Position numbers and translations under genes: made by a program. The notes beneath the pieces are model-generated. The model made no database searches, was not told where the DNA came from, and saw only the letters and a list, made by a program, of their open reading frames with translations. This document shows, in pieces, positions 19,632-29,480 of a stretch of 64,000 bases of DNA. Position 1 is the first letter of the stretch; each line of letters opens with the position of its first letter. Origin of the DNA: Planctomycetia bacterium (GTDB lineage: Bacteria; Planctomycetota; Planctomycetia; Gemmatales; HRBIN36); NCBI GenBank assembly GCA_016795155.1, contig JAEUIE010000005.1, positions 130,294-194,293 on the forward strand, given 5' to 3'.

Positions 19632-20024
19632 ATGAACCGAGAACCTTCGCCTGAACATGATGAAATAGCACGGCAGGTGATAGGGGCAGCGATTGAAGTA
19701 CACAAAGAGTTGGGACCTGGTTTTCTGGAATCAGTTTATGAGCATGCCATGGAGGCAGAATTTGAATTGCGGGGAATGATCTTCAGGCGACAGCATGTCA
19801 TCGGTGTTGAGTACAAGGGATTACCAGTTGGCGAAGGAAAACTGGATTTTCTGGTTCAGGATGCTGTAGTCGTGGAATTGAAAGCGGTTGAGGCTCTGGC
19901 TCCTGTGCATACGGCTCAAGTTATTTCTTACCTGAAGGCGACGAAACTGCAACTCGGATTGCTGATCAACTCCAATGTTCCGTTGCTCAAGGCAGGGATC
20001 AAGCGAATTGTTTTAACTGGCTGA
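19632..20024 (+). CDS. GxxExxY family protein (PD-(D/E)xK nuclease-like fold)
   Basis: 130 aa with the diagnostic GPGFLESVYEHAM (GxxExxY) motif, then DFLVQDAVVVELKAV, QVISYLKAT and GLLINSN, matching the family pattern. Confidence 0.8.
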   Translation: MNREPSPEHDEIARQVIGAAIEVHKELGPGFLESVYEHAMEAEFELRGMIFRRQHVIGVEYKGLPVGEGKLDFLVQDAVVVELKAVEALAPVHTAQVISYLKATKLQLGLLINSNVPLLKAGIKRIVLTG

Positions 20025-20107
20025 TGAATTAATGGAAAGATATTTTCAGGTTAATGAATAATTCTGAACTATGCTTAGACTACATCCCACATCAAGGTTT
20101 TAATTGC

Positions 20108-21364
20108 ATGCCTAAGTTAGTTCTTACCTGCTTGCTGTTCTTCACTCTTGCACTTCCTGCTCTCGCGCAAGCTGAGAGGCAGCAGATTACTGGTTCTTCG
20201 TTCCTGATTTCGCCACAGGGTCATCTGCTGACCTGTTCGCATGTGCTCTTTGGCGCTTCGAGCGTGACGGTCATATACCAGGGCAAAGAGGTCAATGCTC
20301 AAGTAATGGAGGATGACAAAGTCAGAGATATTGCCCTGTTGAAACTGGATGAGAAACCGCAGCATAGCCTGCCACTGTACACTGGTGAACTGGAGCAGGG
20401 GGTGGAGGCGCGTGCCTTTGGCTATCCGCTGGCCAGGCTCCTTGGTTCAGACATCAAAGTTACACGGGGCAGCGTTTCGGGATTCATGAAACTGAAAAAC
20501 AGCCAGATCATCCAGATGGATACCCTTGTCAATTCAGGGAACAGTGGTGGGCAGCTGGTCAATCAATCTGGTGCAGTGATCGGACTGGTCTTTGCCAAGC
20601 TGAATCCGGTAGTTGGCCAATCCGGTTTTGGCATGCATGCGATCGAACTCAAGCGTCTGTTGGACAAGCATGCGGTGCCTTATGAAAAAGTCCAGAACAT
20701 GGGTGCGGCTCTGGAAGGCCCGGCACTGGTCAAACAGGTGAAGCCCTCAGTGCTGCCTGTTTTAAACAGGCACGTCACTGTTGCAGAACGCGAGCAACCC
20801 AAGCCGGCTCGCCCATTGCCACTGATTGATCGTTACCGCAAGATACAAACCAATACGGATGGCTTTCTGGATGGCGAATCGACTGCCAGGAATTATCCCG
20901 GTCAGTCGCATCCCTTTCTGCATGAGGCATTCCGGGAAGTGCAGCCTGAAGGTTCAGTGCTCATTGGCTTCAGCATCAGTACGAACAACCACACGCGAGG
21001 CATTGAAGCGATTTGCGGTCTGCAGCCGATCTACCGCAGGAATGGACAGGAAGTTTATGGGAAGACGTATGGCTCAACGCTGATCAAAAGCCATCATCTG
21101 GTGGCCCGCGAGGGGTATGCCGTTGCTGCGATCAAATACAAGATCGGCCTGCAATTGGATTGCATGCAACTGGTGTATCAGAAAATCGAGAACAATCGCC
21201 TGGTCGAACAGGATGCTTATGAGTCTGTTGTGGCTGGGACCAAAGATCTTACGCCAAATCATACACTCAGTACCAACGGGTTGATTCCTGTTGGCATTCA
21301 TGGTTTTCTCAAGAGAGATCGCAGTACTTTCGGCCTTGGGCTGGTAATGAAATCAGCGAAATAG
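20108..21364 (+). CDS. secreted trypsin-like (S1) serine protease with a C-terminal repeated beta-rich domain
   Basis: Signal peptide MPKLVLTCLLFFTLALPALAQA, so the start is placed at 20108. Triad context: LLTCSHVL (His), RDIALLKLD (Asp), NSGNSGGQLV (Ser). The C-terminal 170 aa or so show internally repeated G-x-I/V-x-G beta-strand patterns, possibly lectin/beta-prism-like. Confidence 0.7.
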   Translation: MPKLVLTCLLFFTLALPALAQAERQQITGSSFLISPQGHLLTCSHVLFGASSVTVIYQGKEVNAQVMEDDKVRDIALLKLDEKPQHSLPLYTGELEQGVEARAFGYPLARLLGSDIKVTRGSVSGFMKLKNSQIIQMDTLVNSGNSGGQLVNQSGAVIGLVFAKLNPVVGQSGFGMHAIELKRLLDKHAVPYEKVQNMGAALEGPALVKQVKPSVLPVLNRHVTVAEREQPKPARPLPLIDRYRKIQTNTDGFLDGESTARNYPGQSHPFLHEAFREVQPEGSVLIGFSISTNNHTRGIEAICGLQPIYRRNGQEVYGKTYGSTLIKSHHLVAREGYAVAAIKYKIGLQLDCMQLVYQKIENNRLVEQDAYESVVAGTKDLTPNHTLSTNGLIPVGIHGFLKRDRSTFGLGLVMKSAK

Positions 21365-21370
21365 TTATGG

Positions 21371-23125
21371 TTATGCTGGCTTTTTGCCCAAAGCTCTCCA
21401 AAGGAAGTAGACCGGGATGCCAGCGAGGACGATGATCAGTCCGGGCCAGGTCATTTTGGGTTTGACGAGCAGCAGATCGACCATCACTGCAGCACAGAGC
21501 ACGACATAGAGGGCAGGCAGCACGGGGTAGCCAAAGGCTTTTACCGGGCGTTCAAGATGGGGTTGCTTTCTCCGTAGAACAAATAATCCAACAACGGTCA
21601 GCACATAGAAGATCAGCACTGCGAAGATGACATAGTCGAGCAGTTCGTTGTAGGTGCCTGAAAAGAGCAGCAGAATTGACCAGAAACCCTGTACGACAAG
21701 AGCAACTGCAGGAACGCCTCGTTTGTTGAGTGTGCCGACCGAACTGAAGAACAGCCCTTCCTTGGCCATGACATAGTAGAGGCGGGCGCCCATGAGTGTC
21801 ATGCCGTTGACGCAGCCGAACGTGGAAATCATGATGGCAACAGCCATGATGGCAGCGCCCCAGCCTGGGGAAAAGAGTTCCATGACGGCAGTGCCTACCC
21901 TGCCATCGCGGGCATTGTCGATGCCTCGTTCGCGAGCAGCCTGGCTGATGTTCTGGTTGGCCGATTCACGCAGGCTGACCGCCTGTTCCACTTTGCCTTG
22001 ATCGAAAAGAACCTTGGCCTCCCGTTCTTTCTGGGCTGCCGCTGCCTCCAGCTTCTGGGCTGTATCAGCCCTGCCTTTGACAGGAAGCGACTCCAGAAAA
22101 GCGACGTTGGCAACGATATAGAGCAGAACTACTGCACCAGTGCCCATCGCCAGGCTCAAGGGCAGGTTGCGTCGGGGGTTCTGGATTTCACCTGCAGCAA
22201 AGGTGACATTGTTCCAGGCATCGGAGGAGAAAAGTGCACCGACCATCGCCCCGCCGAAGACCATGAAAGCAATAGCCATGGGATTCAAGCCACCAAAGAG
22301 TTCCTGCGTCTGATTGAACTTGGGAGTCGAGAACATGCCCGTCCATGGTTCTTCCCAGTTCATCTGGCGAATATCAATGCGCGAAACAACAAACAGGCCG
22401 ATGGCAATCAGCATGATGAGTGCGAGAGTTTTGGCGACCGTCATGACGTTTTGAACAATTTTCCCTTCCTGTACACCCCGGCAATTGAGCCAGGTCAGGA
22501 ACGCGATGACCGCCAAGGCTACCATCTGTCCGCCGGTGATGATGAAATGTTTCATTTCAAAGAAGGGTTCAGCCATCCAGGGCAGTTTGAGTTTGATGTC
22601 AACATGAGTGGCGACATAGAGTACGGTGGCATGTACCTGATCTTTAGCCCAACCCAGGTCGGGAAAGAAACCTGCCAGGTGAGGCACCTTGTCTACGAGA
22701 TCACCAGCGATGCCATGATCGGTTCCCAGGGCAGGGAAGAAGACGCCGAGGAACTTGGCGAATGCCATGGCGACGGCGGCTATAGAACCGGTTTGAATGA
22801 CGAGGAAACAGGTCCAGCCATAGAGGAATCCCCACATCGGGCTGTAGGCTTCCTTGAGGAAGATGTACTGACCACCGGCGTGTGGATACATGCCGGCGAG
22901 TTCAGCGTAGCTGAGTGCTCCGAGGACAGTCATGATGCCTGAAAGTACCCAGACAGCCATCAGCCAGCCCGAAGAACCGACGTGTTCCGCGATTTCCTGC
23001 GAGGTGATGAAGATGCCTGAGCCGATCATGGTTCCCATGATGAGCATGGTGGCATCGAAGAGATTCAGTCGTTGCTGAAAACCAGTGGAATTGGATGGAG
23101 GAGCGGAAGCAGTCGAAGCGCTCAT
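21371..23125 (-). CDS. APC-superfamily amino acid permease
   Basis: Start at MSASTASAPP...LNLFDATMLIMGTMIGSGIF (ATG 23125). 12 or more TM segments with typical APC N-terminal motifs. An inserted hydrophilic helical loop (TAQKLEAAAAQKEREAKVLFDQGKVEQAV...) is present. Confidence 0.85.
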   Translation of the reverse strand: MSASTASAPPSNSTGFQQRLNLFDATMLIMGTMIGSGIFITSQEIAEHVGSSGWLMAVWVLSGIMTVLGALSYAELAGMYPHAGGQYIFLKEAYSPMWGFLYGWTCFLVIQTGSIAAVAMAFAKFLGVFFPALGTDHGIAGDLVDKVPHLAGFFPDLGWAKDQVHATVLYVATHVDIKLKLPWMAEPFFEMKHFIITGGQMVALAVIAFLTWLNCRGVQEGKIVQNVMTVAKTLALIMLIAIGLFVVSRIDIRQMNWEEPWTGMFSTPKFNQTQELFGGLNPMAIAFMVFGGAMVGALFSSDAWNNVTFAAGEIQNPRRNLPLSLAMGTGAVVLLYIVANVAFLESLPVKGRADTAQKLEAAAAQKEREAKVLFDQGKVEQAVSLRESANQNISQAARERGIDNARDGRVGTAVMELFSPGWGAAIMAVAIMISTFGCVNGMTLMGARLYYVMAKEGLFFSSVGTLNKRGVPAVALVVQGFWSILLLFSGTYNELLDYVIFAVLIFYVLTVVGLFVLRRKQPHLERPVKAFGYPVLPALYVVLCAAVMVDLLLVKPKMTWPGLIIVLAGIPVYFLWRALGKKPA

Positions 23126-23205
23126 GCAGTAGTCCTTACAAAACAAACGTGCTGGATCATACCAATCCAGCACGTTAAATGCTATGAACAAATCGGGCAA
23201 AGAGC

Positions 23206-24954
23206 CTACCCTTGCTGTCCAGATGCCATTCTTGCCCGCAGCTTGCTGTGCTGTTTACCATAGAGGAAGTAGATGATCAGTCCGAGACCGAGCCAGATGA
23301 TAAGCCGCCACCAGTTATCGGCAGGCAGGGAAAACATCATGGTGAGGCAGAGGATGATTCCGGTGGCAGGAATTACAGGTACCATCGGACAACGGAAAGG
23401 TCTTTCTGCATTGGGATTGATCCTTCGCATGACGAGCACTGCAGCACAGACCACCACGAAGGCAAACAAGGTACCAATGTTGGTCAGATGGAGCAGGGCA
23501 TCAATCGGGAGCAGCCCTGCAGCCAGGGCGACCAGTGTGCCAATGAGAATGGTACTCTTCCAGGGCGTCTGGAACTTGGGATGAATGCTGGCAAAGAATT
23601 TAGTTGGCATGAGTCCATCACGGGCCATGGCAAGGAAGACGCGTGGAGCGCTGAGCATCATCACCAGAAGCACCGAGGTGATTCCAGCAACGCCTGCGAT
23701 AGAGATAATAACCTCGGCCCAACCCAGACCAATCTGCTTGAATGCCGATGAAACACCAGCATCCTTGTCGATCAGGTTGTATTTGACCATGCCGGTGAGC
23801 ACAGCAACTACGCCAATGTAGAGTATGGTGCAGATGAGCAGAGAGCCGATGATGCCGAAGGGGATATCTCTCTTGGGGTTCTTGGCTTCTTCTGCCTGTG
23901 TGGAGACCGCATCAAAGCCGATGTAGGCAAAGAAAATAATAGCAGCACCGGCAATCATTCCGACGGGCTGGCCTCCTGCATTCGTCTGTCCATGTACGGG
24001 TATGCCAAAGAAGCTTAAACCAGTCCAGCCATAGGGGGCAAACGGGAAGTAATTATCCGGGTTGATGTAAAAGACGCCAACGCAGATGACAAAGACGACT
24101 GCAAATACTTTGATAGCTACCATAAGTGCATTGAAGAATGCACTTTCCTGAATGCCTTTCACCAGAATGATGGTGACGATGACGGCAATCATGACCGCAG
24201 GCATGTTGATGATGGCATTTTGCCGATTGGTAATTTTCGATTCGAAAGCCTGATCGCCTGCCAGCGCCAGTGTGTAAGGTTTTCCAGGGGCATTGGCTTT
24301 GTTATCTGCATTGATCCAAACTGCGATTTTGTGCTGATCACGGGTTTTCAGATCAGCGAATTTTGCTCTGTCAGCTTCGGGCAGCTTTTCACGAATGGCA
24401 TCAGTGAGTGCCTGGTACGAAACCACTTTCTGCTGAACGACCATGTTGTCGTACTTGCCGACGGTATTAGGCAGCAGCATGCCATCGTCGTAGACATATG
24501 GGCCGCCTGTAAAGATAAATGGCAGAGACAATCCTAACTTGCCAATCACGCTTTGAAAATATCCTGACCATCCGTTGGCAACCGTTGCGGCGCCGACGGC
24601 ATATTCGAGAACAAGATCCCAGCCGATAATCCAGGCGAAGAGTTCACCCAGGGTGGTATAGGCATAGGTGTAGGCACTGCCTGCTACAGGTGCCATGGAT
24701 GCGAATTCAGCATAACATAAGGCGGCCATCACGCAGGCGAACCCTGCCAGCATGTAAGAAACCATCAGTGCTGGACCAGCGATTTCATGTGCCGCCTTGC
24801 CTGTTGCAACGAAGATACCGGCACCAATCACAGCACCTACACCCAGTGCCACCAGAGTCCATGGGCCAAGCACTCGTTTTAAGCGATGCTCCCCACCTGA
24901 CTCTTCCTTGAGAACCTGCTCAAGTGATTTCGTCGCGAATAGCTGATTCGGCAT
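23206..24954 (-). CDS. APC-superfamily amino acid permease (cationic amino acid transporter-like)
   Basis: LKRVLGPWTLVALGVGAVIGAGIFV, FACVMAALCYAEFASMAPVAGSAYTY and polytopic TM helices. It contains a roughly 100-aa hydrophilic insert. Confidence 0.85.
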   Translation of the reverse strand: MPNQLFATKSLEQVLKEESGGEHRLKRVLGPWTLVALGVGAVIGAGIFVATGKAAHEIAGPALMVSYMLAGFACVMAALCYAEFASMAPVAGSAYTYAYTTLGELFAWIIGWDLVLEYAVGAATVANGWSGYFQSVIGKLGLSLPFIFTGGPYVYDDGMLLPNTVGKYDNMVVQQKVVSYQALTDAIREKLPEADRAKFADLKTRDQHKIAVWINADNKANAPGKPYTLALAGDQAFESKITNRQNAIINMPAVMIAVIVTIILVKGIQESAFFNALMVAIKVFAVVFVICVGVFYINPDNYFPFAPYGWTGLSFFGIPVHGQTNAGGQPVGMIAGAAIIFFAYIGFDAVSTQAEEAKNPKRDIPFGIIGSLLICTILYIGVVAVLTGMVKYNLIDKDAGVSSAFKQIGLGWAEVIISIAGVAGITSVLLVMMLSAPRVFLAMARDGLMPTKFFASIHPKFQTPWKSTILIGTLVALAAGLLPIDALLHLTNIGTLFAFVVVCAAVLVMRRINPNAERPFRCPMVPVIPATGIILCLTMMFSLPADNWWRLIIWLGLGLIIYFLYGKQHSKLRARMASGQQG

Positions 24955-24998
24955 AGCAGCCCGTGCTCCTGTTAGCGCAATAATTCACACTTCCAATA

Positions 24999-26240
24999 GT
25001 GTTCCTTTTATTGAAGGACTTGAACCGTTGGAAGGTCAAGATAGAACTACCTTTCGTATCAGACACTTATAGCCTGTGTCAAGCATCAACATTTGAGAAT
25101 TGTCAGTTGGTAAACCTGGTACCTCGTGCAGCCTATATCCATGTTCCCTTTTGTGCCCACCATTGTGGCTACTGTGATTTTGCGGTGGTTGCTGGTCGTG
25201 ATGACCTGATGGATGCCTATTTACAGGCACTTCAGCGTGAAATGGGGCCGGAACAGGAAGAGATAGATACTCTGTTTCTGGGTGGTGGAACGCCCTCACA
25301 CCTGCCCATGCCACAACTGAAAAAATTATTAGATATTCTTCGGGAACGGTTCACCTTAAACCCAGATCATGAATTCAGCATCGAGGTGAACCCTGATAGC
25401 CTGACCGATGAAAAACTGCATCTGCTGCAGGAATATGGTGTGAACCGGATGAGCATAGGCGCTCAATCGTTCCATACCCGCACGCTGGCGGTACTGGAAC
25501 GGCGGCATATATCCGAAGAAGTGCCTCGCGTGGTGGAACTGGCTCGCAGCTTCATGCATTCCATCTCACTTGATTTAATGTTTGGTGCACCGGGGCAGAC
25601 ACTGTTTCAATGGCAGATGGATCTGGAGCGGGCGTTGGCACTGCCCATCAATCACCTTTCCACTTATGGTCTGACCTATGAAAAAGGAACCAGGCTGTGG
25701 AAGAGTGTTCGCGAAGGTTTGATTTTACCTTTGACCGAAGAAGATGAACGGCGGATGTACGACCTGGCAATGGATTGGCTGTATGAAGCAGGCTGGGAGC
25801 ATTACGAGATATCGTCGTTTGCCACGGTGGGGCATCGCTGCAGACACAACCAGGCATACTGGATCAATTTACCCTTTTACGGTTTCGGCCTGGGGGCAGC
25901 ACGGCATCTGAACTTCATTCGTGAAGTGAACACGCGAAGTATCGACGGTTACATCAAGAAGTGCATGGCGGGTGATTCGCCCACGCAGCAGCGGGAAGCC
26001 CACACGCCGGAAAGTTATGCTCGCGAGACAGCAACGCTGAATCTGCGCCGCAAAGAGGGTATTATCCGACGGATGTTTCGCGATCAGACGGAAATAGACA
26101 TTGATGACATTGCCCACGATGTCATCAGGCGGTTTGTGATGCAGGGGTTATTGGAAGACGATGGTTCCTCGGTGCGGTTGACCAAGGAAGGTAAGTTTTT
26201 GGCCGATACGGTGTGCAGTGCGTTTGTATCGGCGATATAA
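24999..26240 (+). CDS. hemW: radical SAM family haem chaperone HemW (HemN-like, oxygen-independent coproporphyrinogen oxidase family)
   Basis: AAYIHVPFCAHHCGYCDF (CxxxCxxC) and GGGTPS, plus a HemN C-terminal domain. The true start is probably later than the GTG at 24999; an in-frame TTG at 25107 lies 8 codons before the YIHVPFC motif. Confidence 0.85.
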   Translation: MFLLLKDLNRWKVKIELPFVSDTYSLCQASTFENCQLVNLVPRAAYIHVPFCAHHCGYCDFAVVAGRDDLMDAYLQALQREMGPEQEEIDTLFLGGGTPSHLPMPQLKKLLDILRERFTLNPDHEFSIEVNPDSLTDEKLHLLQEYGVNRMSIGAQSFHTRTLAVLERRHISEEVPRVVELARSFMHSISLDLMFGAPGQTLFQWQMDLERALALPINHLSTYGLTYEKGTRLWKSVREGLILPLTEEDERRMYDLAMDWLYEAGWEHYEISSFATVGHRCRHNQAYWINLPFYGFGLGAARHLNFIREVNTRSIDGYIKKCMAGDSPTQQREAHTPESYARETATLNLRRKEGIIRRMFRDQTEIDIDDIAHDVIRRFVMQGLLEDDGSSVRLTKEGKFLADTVCSAFVSAI

Positions 26241-26281
26241 AAAGAAAGTTATCAGCAATCAGCAAACGGCAATTTGCGTTC

Positions 26282-27499
26282 TCAGACGCCCTTCGGTACC
26301 ACCGTAATTCCTGCATCGGTGAGGATGTAGCCTTTTTCGCGATCGGCATCGGCATTGTAGCCTATGCTGGTTTTTTCGGGGATGTTAACGCCTTTTTCGA
26401 TAATCGTGCGACGAATCTGGCAATGTCTGCCAATCGTTACACCGGAAAAAAGTATGGAATCTTCCACCCAACTGTAGCTGTTGATTCTGACATTGGGTGA
26501 CAGAATGCTGCGAAAGACATGACTTCCCGAAATGATGCTGCCCAGCCCGACTAAACTGTCGATGGCTTCACCACGGCGGGCGTTGGGGCCTAACGCGTGT
26601 TCGCCATGCACAAATTTCGGTGGTGGTAACTGAGGTAGCCAGGTGCGGATGGGCCAGTCGCGGTCGTAGAGATTCAAGACTGGATCGGTCGCGATCAGAT
26701 CCATGTTGGCATCGTAATAGGCTTCCAAAGTGCCTACATCCCGCCAGTATGCCTGGGCTTTGCGGTTTTTGTCGACAAAGGGAAACGCAAACAGACGGTT
26801 GGTCTCCACCAGCCTGGGTAACAGGTCTTTGCCGAAGTCGTGGGAAGAATCCTTGCGGGTAGCATCGGCACAGAGCCAGTCGTAGAGGAGTTCTGCCTTG
26901 AAGACATAGATGCCCATGGATGCCAGACAGCGGGCCGGGTCATCGGGCATGGGTGCAGCCTGTTCAGGCTTTTCTTCGAAGGCGAGAATACGGTTCTCAC
27001 TATTTACCTGCATCACTCCAAATTGTGAGCATTCGCCGATGGGAACAGGCAGGCAAGCGACTGTGACATCAGCCTGTCGTTCCCGGTGGGCTTCGATCAT
27101 GGTGCGATAGTCCATCTTGTAGATATGGTCGCCACCCAGCACCAGGATGAGTTCAGGCTGTTCCTGTTCGATACTATAAATGTTCTGGTACAGGGCATCA
27201 GCGGTGCCTCGATACCATTGATCGTTCATACGCTGTTCGGGGGGCAGCACATCAATGTATTCGCCCAGTGGTCGGCTGAGAAAGTTCCAACCCCGCTGGA
27301 TGTGGCGTTCCAGGCTACGGGCTTTGTACTGTGTGAGAATAAGAATGTGGCGTAAGTTTGAATTAATGCAGTTTGAAAGGGTGAAATCAATGATGCGGTA
27401 TTGTCCACCGAAGGGAACAGCGGGTTTGGCACGGTCACGCGTCAGCGGTTCGAGCCGGGTTCCTTTGCCACCTGCCAGGAGTATCGTGAGTACACTCAA
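26282..27499 (-). CDS. glgC: glucose-1-phosphate adenylyltransferase
   Basis: [42 protein letters not shown] and WYRGTADA, plus a C-terminal left-handed beta-helix region. Confidence 0.92.
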   Translation of the reverse strand: MSVLTILLAGGKGTRLEPLTRDRAKPAVPFGGQYRIIDFTLSNCINSNLRHILILTQYKARSLERHIQRGWNFLSRPLGEYIDVLPPEQRMNDQWYRGTADALYQNIYSIEQEQPELILVLGGDHIYKMDYRTMIEAHRERQADVTVACLPVPIGECSQFGVMQVNSENRILAFEEKPEQAAPMPDDPARCLASMGIYVFKAELLYDWLCADATRKDSSHDFGKDLLPRLVETNRLFAFPFVDKNRKAQAYWRDVGTLEAYYDANMDLIATDPVLNLYDRDWPIRTWLPQLPPPKFVHGEHALGPNARRGEAIDSLVGLGSIISGSHVFRSILSPNVRINSYSWVEDSILFSGVTIGRHCQIRRTIIEKGVNIPEKTSIGYNADADREKGYILTDAGITVVPKGV

Positions 27500-27682
27500 G
27501 GGAAAAGATTCTGTGTGAAGTCAATACCCTACCCACATTACCCATCGTGAGAAAGAATGCAATCTTCAATTTCCAATTAACTCCAGACGTTTTTGCAACC
27601 TAGAATGTGGGTAGCAGCGAAGAATGAACAGGTGATCCCATCTGCAACGTATACTGAAGCAGAGGATTTGAAGGAACATCCA

Positions 27683-28687
27683 ATGCCCGGAAGACTAACC
27701 ATTGCGTTCATTCTGTTTCTTTTCGTTGGCATGTCGCTTTGGCAATGGATGAGGAATTTTGGTTCTGCCGTGGGCGATGGTCCGCAACTGAAGCCTTCGC
27801 TCGAATTAGCGGCCCAGGATGGCACCACTAACTGGCAACTCCTGTATAATCGCAGCAGGTTGGGTGATGCTCAGACCACGGTGCTGAAATCATCTTCAGG
27901 AGTTTACATTCTCAAGCAGAATGTATTGCTCGATGGCGACCTGGAAGCCTTTATGGGGCCTCTGTCTGCCTTTGCCAAGTTGTCAGGCATCAAGTTGAAT
28001 GATTACCGTGCCATGATTCGAACTGAGCTGGAACTGACCTATCTTGGTACGATGAAGAAGCTGACATTGAGTTTTGTTGCCAACCCACGACCTGTTCTGA
28101 CGGCAGAGGCAGCACAGAAAACATTGAAGAACGCAGTCCTCCCTGAAACAGAAAAATCCAAGGACAAAGAGGAGCAGAACTATCTGCTAAGGCTCAACCT
28201 TGTTGCAGATGTGCAGGAGCACGATCATCTGAACTTTCGAGGAGAGTTCGCCTTTGCGACCATGAAGTTTCCGATTCGAGATGTTAGTGTGAAGTATCGC
28301 AATAAAGAATCGTTTCTGAGCAATATTGCTCCAACCGACTGCATGGCAGGAATCAGATTAGGGCAACGCTGGCAAACGCCTATCATTGATCCGACCCAGA
28401 TGATGATGAGCGCCTTAGCCACTTCGAAAGCGAATGAACTGAGCAGTGGCGCCTTCAATACCGATGAACTGGTAAAAACCAAGATTGCAGAGATGAACGT
28501 ACTGGAGGAGTTGAAGGACCTGCAATGGGATGGGAAAAATGTGCCGTGTTATCTGGTACAATCAATGGATAAAGGGACAAAAATGCAAATCTGGGTGAAT
28601 GCCACCAATTATCGTGTTCTGAAACAATCCATTGAATCAGATCGATACCAGATGGAAATGGTCCGCGAACCGAAGAAAGAGGAATAG
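27683..28687 (+). CDS. membrane-anchored hypothetical protein
   Basis: ATG at 27683 followed by the TM helix LTIAFILFLFVGMSLWQW. The remainder is soluble and unrecognised. It lies 49 nt upstream of the ABC ATPase gene on the same strand. Confidence 0.5.
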   Translation: MPGRLTIAFILFLFVGMSLWQWMRNFGSAVGDGPQLKPSLELAAQDGTTNWQLLYNRSRLGDAQTTVLKSSSGVYILKQNVLLDGDLEAFMGPLSAFAKLSGIKLNDYRAMIRTELELTYLGTMKKLTLSFVANPRPVLTAEAAQKTLKNAVLPETEKSKDKEEQNYLLRLNLVADVQEHDHLNFRGEFAFATMKFPIRDVSVKYRNKESFLSNIAPTDCMAGIRLGQRWQTPIIDPTQMMMSALATSKANELSSGAFNTDELVKTKIAEMNVLEELKDLQWDGKNVPCYLVQSMDKGTKMQIWVNATNYRVLKQSIESDRYQMEMVREPKKEE

Positions 28688-28736
28688 CAGGGATTGAGCG
28701 TTCATTACATAACACTTTCACATCAAGAACCAACAC

Positions 28737-29480
28737 ATGATTGAACTGATCAACGTCTCCAAATCATATGGCAATAAAGAGGCGGTCAAGAACATTTCGC
28801 TCAACGTTCAGCGGGGTGAACTTTTTACGTTTCTGGGGCCTAATGGTGCAGGCAAAACCACCACCATCAAGATGCTCTGTGGCCTTCTCAAGCCGACCAC
28901 CGGCATTTTGAAGGTGGGAGGATACGACATCCAGGCGGAAGGTGATAAGGCACGCCAGATACTCAGTTATGTACCCGACTTGCCGTATCTGTACGAGAAG
29001 CTGACAGGCCGGGAGTTCATGCAGTTCATCATCACGATGTATGGTATGGATCCGGATGCAGGCCGCCGACGCATGGAGGAAATGATCGATCTGTTTGAAT
29101 TGGAATCTTTCGTCGATGATTTGAGCGAGAGTTATTCCCACGGCATGAGGCAGCGAACAGTTTTTGCATCAGCCTTATTGCATCAGCCGGAAGTGCTCAT
29201 TGTCGATGAACCGATGGTAGGCCTTGATCCTAAAAACCAGCGACTGGTGAAAGACCTGTTACGCGACCAGGTGAAAAAGGGCGTAACGGTGTTCATGTCG
29301 ATTCACACGCTGGATATTGCCCAGGAACTGGCAACACGCATTGCCATCATCAATCATGGTCGGATAGTGGGCGAGGGCACGCTCGATGAGTTACGCCATA
29401 AGGCTGAGCATGGCGGGCAACTCGAGGATGTGTTCCTCAAGCTGACCGAGGCAACTGATGCAGAGGCGGTGGCAGCATGA
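28737..29480 (+). CDS. ABC transporter ATP-binding protein
   Basis: Walker A GPNGAGKTT, degenerate signature YSHGMRQR, Walker B LIVDEP, H-loop SIHTLD. Confidence 0.9.
   Translation: MIELINVSKSYGNKEAVKNISLNVQRGELFTFLGPNGAGKTTTIKMLCGLLKPTTGILKVGGYDIQAEGDKARQILSYVPDLPYLYEKLTGREFMQFIITMYGMDPDAGRRRMEEMIDLFELESFVDDLSESYSHGMRQRTVFASALLHQPEVLIVDEPMVGLDPKNQRLVKDLLRDQVKKGVTVFMSIHTLDIAQELATRIAIINHGRIVGEGTLDELRHKAEHGGQLEDVFLKLTEATDAEAVAA

Noticed and set aside
19446-19703. 85-aa minus-strand ORF spanning the tandem repeat and the start of the GxxExxY gene.
   Set aside because: It is translated from repeat DNA and overlaps the real gene start, and no homolog or motif is recognised. It is an artefact of the repeat. 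The array is also not a CRISPR: the units are 149 bp and directly adjacent with no unique spacers.
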